Positions 42,218-53,901 of a stretch of 64,000 nucleotides of DNA are shown here, in pieces; the stretch's first letter is position 1; each line of letters starts with the position of its first letter. The DNA is from Camelus ferus. Taxonomy: Eukaryota. The notes below the pieces were generated by a model, which ran no database searches, was not told where the DNA came from, and saw only the letters and a program-made list of their open reading frames with translations. Both the position numbers and the translations under genes were made by a program. The stretch is taken from assembly GCF_009834535.1 (NCBI RefSeq), contig NC_045696.1:111726001-111790000 (forward strand), written 5' to 3'.

Positions 42218-42532
42218 ACTCCATTTGCAGATGAGCAAAGTGAAGCCCAGTGATAGTGATAGAAATTTAAGTCTTTTGAGTCCAAAGCACCCACTCTTCC
42301 TGCCACATCCCTCTGGAAAGCAAGGAGATCTTCAGGCAGGTTAACCACCACCAGACCATCTTTAACAGAGCTTGGCTAGGGTGGAATTAAGCAGTGAAAG
42401 TGAAACTGAGTCCCTCTAAAACTGAGTTCCCCTGCTGAGTTTATGATAAATCTCTCTATCCAAAATGTTATCCTTTTATTGTTCCACCCCAGATCCCCTC
42501 AAGATTGAGGAGCATCAAAGAAAAGGAGACAC

Positions 42533-43409
42533 TGAAACGAGCAGGACCTTGCAGGGCCCTCCCAGATACAAGAGCCTTTCCATGTCTCCCACTTCTTCTT
42601 TTAGGAAAGACTTCCATTTCCTAGATATTCCCTGAGTTCCAAAGTGCAGGCTCAAGAAGCTAATGATTGGGACAACAGTGTCACAGGATTCCTAGTTCCT
42701 CCTGAAGGGAGATGCATAACAAGCTGACACATCTCTTTTGTCACTGAATCCAAGTTCATGCAACTCATAACACCATGAGGCCAAACAAACGGAAACATCA
42801 GATTTTGGAGCAGAGAAAGGCCTACTGAAGGGCCAACCAAGGAGGACAGGATGGCTTGTGCCCAACAAAATCTGGAACTCCCTGAAAGGTTTCAGCAAAG
42901 CATATTTACATGTCAGGTGAGGGAAGGGAGTGGCAGGTACGAGATCAGCTCATGCACAATTCTCTGATTGGTTGATGTTGAAGTAACAGGGCGGCCAACA
43001 CTATCAACTCCTAGGCACCAGAAGGTCTTGGCCATCAAGTAGTTAATTTCTTCCCTTTGAGTTGCAGAAACTAAGACTCCCACCCAGAGGGAGGATGGTG
43101 ACTACAGGCTCACCACAAGCACACAGACCCCCAGACTGGTTGGAACCAGAAGGCTGAGATTTCCAAAACATCACCCTGTTACCTCACTACCAACCAATCA
43201 GAAGGTCCATGAGGTGATCACACATCCCACCACTCTCTCCCCTGACACTGTCTTTAAAACCCTTACCTGAAAGCCAGTGGGGAGTTCCGGTCTTTTGAGC
43301 ATGAGCGTCCTTGCATGCCACCTGCGAATAACCCGTACTCCACTGCAAACACCTGCAGTCAGAGTCTGGCTTTCTGCACAATGGGCACAAAAGCCCTTGC
43401 TCAGTAACA
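42533..43409 (+). mobile_element. Family A LTR containing an antisense LTR fragment (42739-43054)
   Basis: Host is split at cttt|gagttg; the insert is the reverse complement of the 45370-type LTR from ggaagaa.ttaactacttgatg to its 3' end. Confidence 0.85.
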
Positions 43410-43500
43410 AAATGATAAAGGAAATTCTCATGTGCTGTTTACTAAAGTCAGGCCAGACCAAAATGGCAACACATGTTTCAGTTACTTTGAGGTTATAAAC

Positions 43501-44404
43501 TGTTACTGAAACCAAGAAGGACCCTTGGGGCCCTCCTGGACCCCGAAGCCTTTTGGTGTAGTTTCTTATTTGCAGGATGAAGTTTTCAGTCTCCTAGACC
43601 TTCCTAAATACCAAAAAGCAGATTCAAAGAGTTGCTAATCAGGCAAGTAAGGGAATGCAGAAACAGAAGAGGAGCAATCAAGAAACTATAGTGCAGTGAT
43701 TAAAGCAGGGTCCTGGTTCCTTCTCAAAGGACACACAGAACAATACCTTTGGGTTTTCTGCAGGAACTAAGCCCCCAACCAGGTGGAGGATGGTAACTTC
43801 AGGCTGAGCACGAGATTCCTGGAACACCGCCCTGTTACCTCCCCACCAGCCAATCAGAAGAAGGTCACACACCCTGCAGCCCTCACTCTAAATTTTGCGT
43901 ATAAAAACTTCTCCCTGACAGCCTACACGTTGAGAGTTATGTTTTATTTGGCGGGAGGACTAGAGCCAGGATGACAGCCTCCCAGATTGCTCTCAGGGAC
44001 TGCTCCAAAGAGGTAGGGGAGGAGCTAGGACATATAGGAGTTTTACAACAAAGACCAGGTAGTTGGAACATTAAAAAATTACTTGTTGACTAAAGAAAAC
44101 CAGGCATCTCAAGTTAAAGAATTTAGTGCCTTTCTATGTATGGGAGGGAGCAAACACTTGGGCTCATTGAATTCATTCCTTTGACAAGCACCCAGCTATC
44201 TAGGGCCAGTATCCTGTCCTTTCTTATTCTGAGTCCCCTCAGGGTGCACCGTTGTGAGTGGCTGCAGAGGCCGGGCTGCAGGCTTGTCTTCACTGGGGGG
44301 GGGTGACGGCAGCCTCTGACTTGATGGCTTCAGCATTTTTTGTTTACTGATACGGTTTACAGTATTTTTCATTCACAGGGCACATGAACTTTTGTTCAGT
44401 AACA
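43501..44404 (+). mobile_element. Family A LTR containing an antisense LTR of another family (about 43926-44377)
   Basis: TGTTACTGAAACC start and cagtaaca end; the insert begins TGTGAATG on the minus strand and has AATAAA near 43948. Confidence 0.8.
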
Positions 44405-44866
44405 TTATCAGGCAGTGGTGAGGAGTGTGGAGAGAGGGCTGGCCTATACTCTTCTGCGCTGCTTTAATTTTTTAAAATGAGCATATATCACATACCATGT
44501 GATGGCATATGAAAAATGTACCATCATCATCATCAGAGGTCCTTCCTTTAAAATACTATGATGATTTTTTTAAATTATAAAGATACACTTAGATTAAATC
44601 TGGAAAGCGTAGAATAGATACACTTAGGAAAGAATCATTCTGATTTTCAAGTTGGGGGTTGGTTATCAGTCTTTATATATTGAATTTAATTTGTCAGGAC
44701 CTGTAAAAATAATAATAATAATAAGTCACATCTTTCCAAATAAAGAAAAGGAGACCGTCAAGAAACAAAAGGAGATGTTCAGAAAAGTTTGCATTATTCC
44801 TTCTCTGAAATGGGAACAAGGCCCAAAAGAGGTAGGTAGCTCTGGTAGACTCTCAGCCCTTGCTCT

Positions 44867-45178
44867 TGTAATAGAGAATAACCTTTGTTTTGTTGGAGGT
44901 TTACGGGGACACCATGACCTGGCCCACGGGGATGCGGCTGGCTGCAAGAACAAAGAATGCCTGCAGGAAGAAGTTTGCAACCATCAACCACACCCGTCCC
45001 TCGTTATTTGCATAAAAGCCTGTATTCTGACTAGAGGATGGTTCTCCAAGACGTTAGTCTGCCATCCTGTCTGTCTGCCGGCTTTCCGAATAAAGTCGCC
45101 ATTCCTTGCCCCAGCACCTCATCTCCCGATTTATTGGCCTGTCATGCAGCGAGCAGAACGAGTCTGGACTCAGCAACA
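44867..45178 (+). mobile_element. Short ERV1-type solo LTR
   Basis: TGTAA...CAACA; perfect TSD ctct; AATAAA at 45089. Confidence 0.85.
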
Positions 45179-45369
45179 CTCTTTGGGCAGGTGGTATATT
45201 CATGAGGTTAAAAGCCTACTCCTTAAGAGGCAGAAGACACTCTTGTGTCCCCACTCTGTCACTTTTTTTTTTTTTGATTGTGTGACTTCGCACATGCTTT
45301 TTAACTTCACTAAATTTCAGATTCTTTATCCATACAATGCAGACATCAGTGTTACCTAAATTACATAGT

Positions 45370-45830
45370 TGTGACTGAGCAGGACCCGGTACCTCCCCTG
45401 TACCCTCTGCTGTGGCTCTTCTCTGCAGCACCCAGATAACAGTGTCCAATGCACATTCCAGAGCTGTTTTACAGATGTGAAAACCCCCCACCAAATGGAA
45501 GAAGTTAACTACTTGATGACCCTGAGCTTGTAGTCCCCGGGCCTTCTGGATCCTTAGCATTACTAATGTTAACCCCTGTGACACCGCCCCATTACCTCAC
45601 CACCAACCAATCAGAGAACTGTGCACAAGCTGATCACACACTCTGCAATCCCCTCCCTCACCTGGCCTTTAAAAATGCTTTGCTGAAACCCAACCAGGAG
45701 TTCAGGCTTTTAGGGTATTAGCTGCCCCAGACTCCTTGTCTGACACCCTGCAATAAACACTGCACTTTCCTTCACCACAACCCAGTGTCAGTAGGTTGGG
45801 TTTACTGCTTACCTGCGAGTGGACATAAAT
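45370..45830 (+). mobile_element. ERV1-type LTR (A-related) inserted in a MIR
   Basis: TGTGACTGAGCAGGACC start, CCAAT box, AATAAA at 45752; terminal ~20 bp lost. Confidence 0.82.
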
Positions 45831-46766
45831 TGTGAGGATTAAATGAGAAGATATCAAGAAAGGTGCTTGAAACACTGCCTGACATATTACATAAGCATTA
45901 GCTATTGTTATTATAATTATTGGTATTATTCCATTACTGAAATCCAGCTTTCTGATTTTATGTTGCAAAATTTCTGGATACACCACTGGTATAGAAAGAC
46001 TAGCTGGCTGAACATTTCAGAGAATATGCTTCCTTAAAGAATTAGAGCAGTGGTTGTGACACCACCGCCCATCGGCCAGTCTGCCTTCCCACCACCAACG
46101 CCCTCTCCGGGCCAAGTCCTGCCACGCCCACTTGTTTCAGTTTGATTACAGCTGCCTTTGCACTACAAGGGCAGAATTGAGAAGTAGCAACTGAAACCAT
46201 ATGGCTCATAAAGCCAAAAATATTAACTATCCAGCCCTTTATAGAAAAAAACTGGCTGAACCCTGAGCTAAAGGCATTTTTGTTCAAGACAACATAATTA
46301 GACTTTCATAATTCAAGATGCATTGCTTTTAAGAAGTTCTAAAGAAACCAAGATAACCATGACCATTCCTCTTTGGTCCCAAAGATCAAAGCTGAGTCTC
46401 TAGGAACCAGACAGAAAAAAAGCATTACACTATGAGGTCTGCCCCTTGTACTTAGACTCTTGACGTTAATAACAACTCTCTCGGTTTTCCAAGACCATGA
46501 ATGACCTGGTCTTTCCCTGTCTTCCTGAAACAGAGGCATTTTCAGTTACTGTTAGGACGGACATTTCTCTGTTTGTGTTGGTGTGTGTGTGCACATGCAT
46601 GCATGCAACACAATGCTGGATTCTGGGGATATGATTTTTGTTCCCAAGATCAGCAAGATTTCTCTTCTCACAAAGTTCACATTCTAACAGGAATTTAAAA
46701 AGCCTAGAAAAAATACGTTTAAAAGGAGGTCATTTCTGATAGCGATAAGCAATGTGAAGAATCAGT

Positions 46767-46890
46767 GGGGAGGGCATAGCTCAGTGGTAGAGCACATGCC
46801 TAGAATGCACAAGGTCCCCAGTACCTCCATTAAAAAATTAATTAATTAAAACCTAATTTCCTCTCCCCTCAAAAAATAAAATAATAAATT
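46767..46890 (+). mobile_element. vic-1-type SINE lacking its B box
   Basis: ggggagggcatagctcagtggtagagc...; same tail as the 9715 copy; short TSD aatcagt/aatcaat. Confidence 0.88.
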
Positions 46891-47499
46891 AATCAATTTT
46901 TTTAAAAAAATAAACAAAACAGGGTTCTGGGATAAAGAGAGATTAGCAGGAAAAGGGGGGCTACTTTAGATTGGGTGACCAGGGAAGGCTTCTCCAAAAA
47001 GAGACACCAGAGCTGAAACCTGAGTAACAGGAGGAAGCCAATTTGCACATAAATGAAAAAGGACAAGAGAAGAGCAAGAACAGAGGTAGAACCATATACT
47101 TGAGGAAGAAAAAGAACATCAGTGTGGCTGGAATGCAAGCAGTAGGAGGTAGGGTTGGGGCGGGGCCAGATCACAGGCCTTGGGAAGGCGTTTGCATGTC
47201 ACCCAATGTCAAAAGGAAAGCCATTGGAAGCTGTTCATTCAGCAGAGAAATGACATGACTTAATTTACATTAAAAAAAAAAAGATCAATTTGGCAGCTAG
47301 GACTAAAATGAATGGTGTTTGGAAAGCAGTGCAAAGCGGAGGCAGGAAGACCAAAAAGTTGGCTCTGGCAGTGACTCAGGGAGAGCTGAAAGCAGCAGCG
47401 GGGGTGAAGAGCGGCGCTCGGCAGGGGGAGGTTCAGAGCCACAACCAGGCGGAGCTTCAGAAGGAGGAGATGTGGGAAAGTGGGGACGGGTGGTCCGTG

Positions 47500-48052
47500 C
47501 GAGACAGGAGGGAGGGGCAGGACACAACCACTGAAAGAATGACACAGCCATTGAGAAAAACAAGATACAACAGAAACTGGTTAGTACCAACTAGGCCCAA
47601 GATGATGAAGGAGTCAACGTCCAGTGGACCCTGGGCCTCACTGCATGCTCACTGTAATACCTTAGCTGCTAAGTGGCACACCCACAGGCACCTTGAGAGT
47701 CCCCAGGCTGACCCAAAAGCCCAAAAAGTGGGCAGTGGACCAATTCCTGGAAATCCCGGCCCCTCCCCCCAACAGTGGACTAATGCTCTCACTCATTAGC
47801 ATATGAAATTGCCCAGCCCATAAAAACTAAGCACCCCCACACCCCGAGGGCCCCTCTTGCCTTCTGAGATGGCCTGCACTCTGTCTGTGGAGTACGTATC
47901 TCTCTAAATAAACTTGTTTTCACTTTACTATGGCCCGCTCTGGAATTCTTCCCTGCATGAAGTTAAGGACCCTCATTTGGCAGGGCATGTCCCGGGGACT
48001 GGCTGGAGGCCTGGGATACGGCCATCCTCTCATGCCCCATTATCCTGCAATA
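47500..48052 (+). mobile_element. MER41-like solo LTR (family B) inserted in L2
   Basis: Colinear with the 13037 copy; TSD cgtg/ggtg. Confidence 0.9.
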
Positions 48053-48373
48053 GGTGGAGCAGTTTTCTGAGATTCACCCATGTGTTCATCCAATGAAAGT
48101 TTATTGGCAACATACTTTGTGCCAGGTACTGTTCTAGGCACCGGACATACACAGCAAAAATCCCTGCTCTAGTGGAATTTATATTCTAGGTGGGGATAGG
48201 AAATACAGAAGACTAAGGGAGAAGCAAAGAACCTGTGGAGGAAGAGGGAGGGGGTCATGTGCCAGATCCTCTGGTTCTGTCTCCTACATATTTCTTGCAG
48301 TAGTTCAAATTGAAAATAGAGGGCAGCTGCATCAAAGCCGCATTTGGGGAGTTAAATTAACTGAACGGGAGGC

Positions 48374-48650
48374 TGTTAGAGTGAGGTGACCCCGACGTCC
48401 TGGCGGCCTAGGTCAGCAAACCAAAATCGAAGCCTGAAATGCTCAAGGTTGTTGAACCAAAACCAAGGAAGACCAATGACAAGCAGCCCCCCAAGGCTTT
48501 CAGCTGGAGCCAGTCAGTCACGGCCTCACTTGGCTTGCCTTCCTTTTCTCTAGAAGTCTGTCCCTGAGCTCCCGTCAGTGGAGCCGCATAACCACTTGGG
48601 GTTTGGCATTGACCAGTTCGAATAAAAGATGTTCAAATAAATTTGTAAGA
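48374..48650 (+). mobile_element. Probable short LTR
   Basis: Purine-rich run followed by TGTTAG; CpGs retained; AATAAA at 48621 and 48636. 3' end unclear. Confidence 0.5.
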
Positions 48651-48679
48651 TCAGTTTATCTTTCAACAAGGAGCAAACT

Positions 48680-49365
48680 TGAAAGATCCTGGTGAGGGAA
48701 AATCCTTGCAATGAGCAGAGCTGCAAACAGTGCATCTGGTCAACCACTTTGTATAGGCAAAGTAGCCCAAGAAGTAAGAATATACAAACATTCCTGGACA
48801 GTGGCCAAAGGTCTGGACTTCAGCTCGGGGTCTGGAAAGAACAAAACTGGGAGATCAGAGATAAGACTGTCTGGAGCAGCGGAACGCAGATGAACGTGTG
48901 GACAGTCCACAAAGAGTAAAGACATTTGTGTCACTCCTTTATACCCGCCAGAAAGCATCCACGTGGTGGAGGGACTGAACAACCAAGAAGGCAAAATAAC
49001 TCTGTCAGTGGACACTATCAGCTTTTGCCACTGGCCACCCAGAACTTACACAAAAGGCACATGAAGGAAGTAGTCACAATGGCAGAGATGGAAGGTACAT
49101 ATGGGCCCAACAATATGGACTCCCACTTCCCAATGGATCTAGCTACTGCTGCCTCCACTTACTTAGCACAGTCTAGCGACTGCTGCCTCTGAATATCCAA
49201 CCAAGCTCAAAAAGAAGTACCTGTGATTCATACTCAGAGGTATAGACACCAATTTCAAGGTATGGGTTTGCCTCTCCTGACAGACAGCCTCAGCCAGCAC
49301 CACTAGCTGCAGGCTTATGGACTACCTGGTCTACCGGCATGGATTCCCTTACAACTTAGCCTCAG
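48680..49365 (+). mobile_element. ERV-L-class internal remnant, part 1 (RNase H to integrase N-terminus)
   Basis: Decayed GEGKSLQ*AEL, EVRIYKHSWTVAKGL, WKEQNWEIRDKTVW, AHEGSSHNGRDG..WAQQYGLPL, YRHGFPYNLAS. Confidence 0.85.
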
Positions 49366-49736
49366 TGTTGGCTCAGAAATTCAGGAGCTTCCCGGGGGCG
49401 ATCTGAAACTGGCTGGCAGGTGGCAGTTTTAATAAGCGGGGGAGCTTACATATAGGAAGCCTGTCTTGTGTACCACAAAATGAGCAGATCTCCCCACCTG
49501 ACTGCCTAATCTTAATGTTTGTAAGAGACTTTAACCAGTTTGTCACGTATCCAGCCTAGATGGTCTCAACACCCCACTGCTCTCTCAAGGCTGCATCCTT
49601 GAAAACAACTCCCACTGTGGGAATGGTGGGAGGAGGTACATTTCAAGGACAGGGGAGGGGGTGAAGAGCCTCTGATCGCCCAGGGCCAGCTTGAGGGTCA
49701 ACCAGTGGCCCCGTCCTCTTGACGACCTCCCCAACA
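49366..49736 (-). mobile_element. 3' LTR of the nested env-bearing ERV
   Basis: TG...CA, 371 bp, preceded on the minus strand by a class III-type PPT aagggctggag. Confidence 0.8.
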
Positions 49737-51630
49737 CTCCAGCCCTTGTGACCGGCTCTTACAACCTCACATGCACCCCCTCTTCCACAATGGGAGGTCA
49801 GCAAGGGGTTTCACTAGCATGGAGGTGGCTCATCTGGCAGCTGTCTGGCGGCATGGGAGGCAGATGCCACAGCAGCAGTACAGGCACAAGCCAGAGAAAA
49901 CACAGATCAAAACAATGATGCCCCAAACAAGAAACGACTCTAAGAGTCCCATGATCCAAACCATTGATTTACTAAATCTCCTGCTCTGGGGGAGATGAAC
50001 ACAGTGTTCACCTGTGTCCCCATGTGATTTAATAAAGAAGACACATTAACAGACTCATTAGGTGTGATTACATGACACTCTGGTCAATGTACAGATGTCT
50101 CCTTGGGAGGCAGTAACAATGGCCAAGGCCATTTTATTTTAGAGGACAGCTTTTCTCACCAAGGACATTTCAGTATTCAGTAAGGGCCGGCTTTGCCAGC
50201 TATCATGTAAGTCTTGCTGGGTGAATTTACTGAGGGCTTCTATTTGTGCTGTAATAACCTCCAGGCCAATGGAGGGAACAAAGATGGTGGCCAAATGACT
50301 GTACCAGGGGAAAACAGAATGTGCCCCCCACTGGCCTCAAGGAGATGGAGGTTGGCAGCTTTAGGAACTTGACCTGGTTGTGCATACCATGCATGACCAG
50401 GAAGACAGCACTGTCAGGCATGGGGAGATAGACTAGGGGTGGGATATGCCAGAACAGGACGCCCACCTTCTCCCCTCTCTCAATGGTGCACGTTCCAATC
50501 CAGGAAGAGTGTGTTTCCACAGGCCCAGCTGGCAGCAGACAACAGGATCCCATGGAGACTGCATAGTTCCCCCTCACGCAGGGGGAGGAAGCAACTCTCC
50601 TGTCCTGGTGGGACATCCCATTGCAAATTCCAGTCGAGGACACTTGTCCCAAGCGTGATGGGGCTGGGGGTTCTCAGCAGCACAGCAGGTTTATCCAAGG
50701 TGAGAGTCAGGGCATGGCTGTCTCCCAAAACTTCCACGTTGATTGTCTTGACAGGGGTCCCCAGTCTGGCATATGGTCCCTACTGGTTGGTTATTTAAAT
50801 GCATAAAGTCTGGGACAGTGTCTTAGCCCACCCAGCCAAGGTGGTTTTACCTGCTAGTAATTTAATCTGCTGCTTGCAGGTTATACAGGAGGTGGAACCT
50901 CCATTCAGTGTCATGTTCTTCTGCCTAATCTTGCACACCACGGCCTTTGAAATGTGATCCTTGACCACTATTGATGAGGGTTATCAGTATATGGCACTCA
51001 ATTTCTCTAATCACCTAATAGTGGCAGCTTGGTTTGTGTGGTGACAGGGAAAGCTTGGGTTAGGGCAGCTGCAGTGTCCACGTGAACCGGGGCATATTTA
51101 AAACTCTCACTCAGAGGGAGGGGGCCAACACAATAAATTTGCCAACCTCCCAATGGTTGGGAACTCCAGTGGATAGCCCCAGAAGGCTTCTTTGGCAGCT
51201 GCCTTGGGCACTGTTTAGAACACACAGGGCATGTTCTTGCTGCATTAACTGACTCACTGTATCTCAAGGGCAATCCAGGATTGTTGGCAGAGTACAATCC
51301 CATCCAGGTGCTACAGTGGCCACTCTTCCTATGCACTCCACCTACTCGTGTATCTACTGAAGGGTCAGTTACTAGGGCTCATACCAGAGCCAGGGCATCA
51401 GCATCCTTATTGCAGGTGGTGGGGGTCAGCACCTCATGAGCTGGGAGGTGGAAACAGCGAAGACTGACTCAGGCTTTTGCGGGTGAATCCACACGTCCCT
51501 CCACACATCCTGACCCGACAAAGGCTTATTCATGACCACCCACCTCTTGGCTTCCCATTGTCCAAGCCATAGAATTAATTCCTTTAGAACAGCCCAACTG
51601 TCAGTGCAAAGGGTTAATGGCCAGGACGCA
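49737..51630 (-). mobile_element. Class III (ERV-S-like) internal remnant: RNase H, integrase, env TM
   Basis: CTDSWAVLKELILWLGQW (about 51555-51607); HRKSGH...CPVC...WQIYCVGPLP...VDT (51007-51336); ISD-like AVL*NKMALAIVTASQGDIC (50091-50150); hydrophobic anchor GIIVLICVFSGLCLYCCC (about 49870-49923). Confidence 0.85.
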
Positions 51631-51634
51631 CCGG

Positions 51635-52195
51635 TGAGCTGAATTTAGTCCACAGGCTGCTGAAGTTTATTCCTGTTACAAGAAGAACAGAGTCTTATTG
51701 AACCTATGCAAGTAACTAGATTGCCCTGAAAATGAGAATACTCGTTCTAAGACTTCTGCATTCAGGAGGGATCAGGTACGGAGAAAAAGATAAATGTTTC
51801 ATCTTTGTTCACAATGGTGTATGTTAGCAAACTGCTGATAGTTTAGGAGGGGGAAAAAGGTTTTCTTAAATGTGGAAAAATAAAACGTAAAAGAACCACC
51901 AACATTTCCAATTTAAAAAATCATAAAAATTATAGTCATCTTGAACAGTGTTTTTCATTAGAGTTCTGTAAATTCTTATTCATTTTAGTGGTATGATTTT
52001 AGTTATCTGAAACCTATATTTTTCCATGAATCTCCTTGAAGATGAAGCATTCTTGGAGGAACACTTTTGCAAAAGCATCAGAGCATGACAAATGTCTGTA
52101 AATGACAAAAGACTTGAAAATGGGCATGGTTAAAGATCTGATGCGAGTTCATTATAATGCAGTTGGCAAGGAAAGTTGGTTATTTCTCTGACACA
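51635..52195 (-). mobile_element. AT-rich segment resembling non-autonomous ERV1 internal sequence
   Basis: Abrupt compositional switch; resemblance to MER4-group internals from recall only. Confidence 0.4.
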
Positions 52196-52218
52196 CATCC
52201 TCTTGGTGAGCTCCGCCA

Positions 52219-53508
52219 CTGAGCAGGGGAGCTCCTTCACAGCAAAGACAGGCTGTGGGCATATGGCATGGGTTGTATGACATCACACCACGCAGAAGCA
52301 CCAGCCTCCTAGAAGGCTGAACTGCCTTCCAAAGACACACCTGAATCACCAGCTCGGAGGATGCGGTGTCATCCTCAAGATGCAGCGTATGCTTAAATCA
52401 AAGACTTCTACATGGGGCTAAGTCTCCAATAAGAAGAACACAGAGGTCCAGAGACAAAGAGGGGTGGGGAACAGGAGTGGCCCCACTTACCATCACTCTC
52501 GCTGATCCAGTCACAATGAGGAATTTCATGCTTTCCATCCTTGCAACTCTGGACTCTGCAGCGTTCAAAGTCCTGATCTCCAAAGGGCACACACACTCTT
52601 GCCAGGGGACACATCAAGTGTCTCGTTGAACAAGCTGTAGTTACCACCAGGACACTTTGGACTTTTTGTGCCCGGAAACCAGAAAGTCAACATACTGGTT
52701 GTAGTATTTGACCCTAACCAGCTAGAGGTGGGCGCGCTGCTCTGTAGTCAGGACAGGGAGAGTGTGTGTGGAATCTGGGCGGTCTACTTGGGTGCCTCCT
52801 GGCATTCCCTGGCTTCTTGTCCCGGTGCCCTAGGACACAGCTGCAAGTGCTCTCTGAAAGGGAGTGGTGTGACTGCCAAGGGCTCCCACTCCCAGGAAGA
52901 AAGGCTTGAGCCACACGACTGGGGAAGCCCCAAGGCCTGCCAAGCTAATAGCTGGGGGCCAGGGGAACTTAGAAAGAATAGTGGCTTAGGGAGAGGATGG
53001 GTACCAGTGCGAACCTAAAACCAAATGCAGCATCAGGGGCTACTGCTTGTCCCCCTTTCTCTTCTAAATGCTCCTTCAGAAAGAGGGGCCCACAGGAACC
53101 ACAGGAGAGCTGCCCCCTAAACTTGCCTGGTGAAGCAGCTGTCTGTGGTACAAGGGCGGCTCCTCTCTCCTGCGGGGTCCAGGCAGCACTGTGGCCAGGG
53201 GTGGGGGCACTAATGCACGTCCACTCCTGAGAGTTTTGCAGCCCCTTCGATAAGAGATTTTAGGTCAAGATTGGGCACGTCAGCCTGGCCAAAACTTTCT
53301 TAGAGTGAGACTTCAATCTGAGACCCTTCTACCTAATCCTTCATTCCCATTCTCCCACTCTTTACAGATGCCAGACTCTTACCACAGCCTGAAGCTGCTC
53401 CCTGCCTTCTCATCCTCTTCAGCCTTCACAGGCATCTCCCCCAGTAAATTTCCTTCACAGAAAATCCTGCCTTGGTGCCTGCTTCTCAGAGCAGAACTGA
53501 ATTAAAAT
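52219..53508 (+). mobile_element. ERV-L-class remnant, part 2 (integrase core, 3' internal region, 3' LTR from about 53160)
   Basis: EQG..FTAK and HHAEA...LE fragments continue the integrase broken at 49365; LTR end ccttggtgcctgcttctcagag...ctgaattaaaa. Confidence 0.75.
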
Positions 53509-53699
53509 AAGAGCTAACTATTATGACTTTTATTATCCTAAGTTGTCCACTTTTTAAACATAAAGACCCAGAGGGAGGGGAGGATATATGGCTCTTGGCA
53601 CTAGACCACTGAAAATAATTCTCAAATTTCTAGCAGTTCTGTATTCTCAATGGCGTTGTATAACTTGTTATACACACATCTACCTTTCTCTATACACCG

Positions 53700-53901
53700 T
53701 ACACACACACACACACACACACAGTTGACCCTTGAACAATGCAGGAGAGGTGCTGACACCCATTCTCCAGTGTGCAGTCAAAAATCTGTATAACTTCATA
53801 GCCAACCCTCCATATCTGTGGTTCTGTATTATTACTATTGAAAATATCCATGCATAAGTGCACCTGCTCAGTTCAAATCCATGTTGTTCAAGGATCAACT
53901 C
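53700..53901. mobile_element. (CA)n microsatellite followed by a Tigger2/MER8-type MITE
   Basis: TIRs cagttgacccttgaacaa / ttgttcaaggatcaact; related copy at 58050-58266 in the OXSM intron. Confidence 0.8.

Noticed and set aside
44652..45359. 235-aa ORF
   Set aside because: Non-ATG start; runs across unique DNA, an LTR and a MIR; no protein-like features.
50227..50798. ORFs over the ERV env region as a possible domesticated env
   Set aside because: The longest minus-strand fragment is 141 aa and the TM has in-frame stops and frameshifts.
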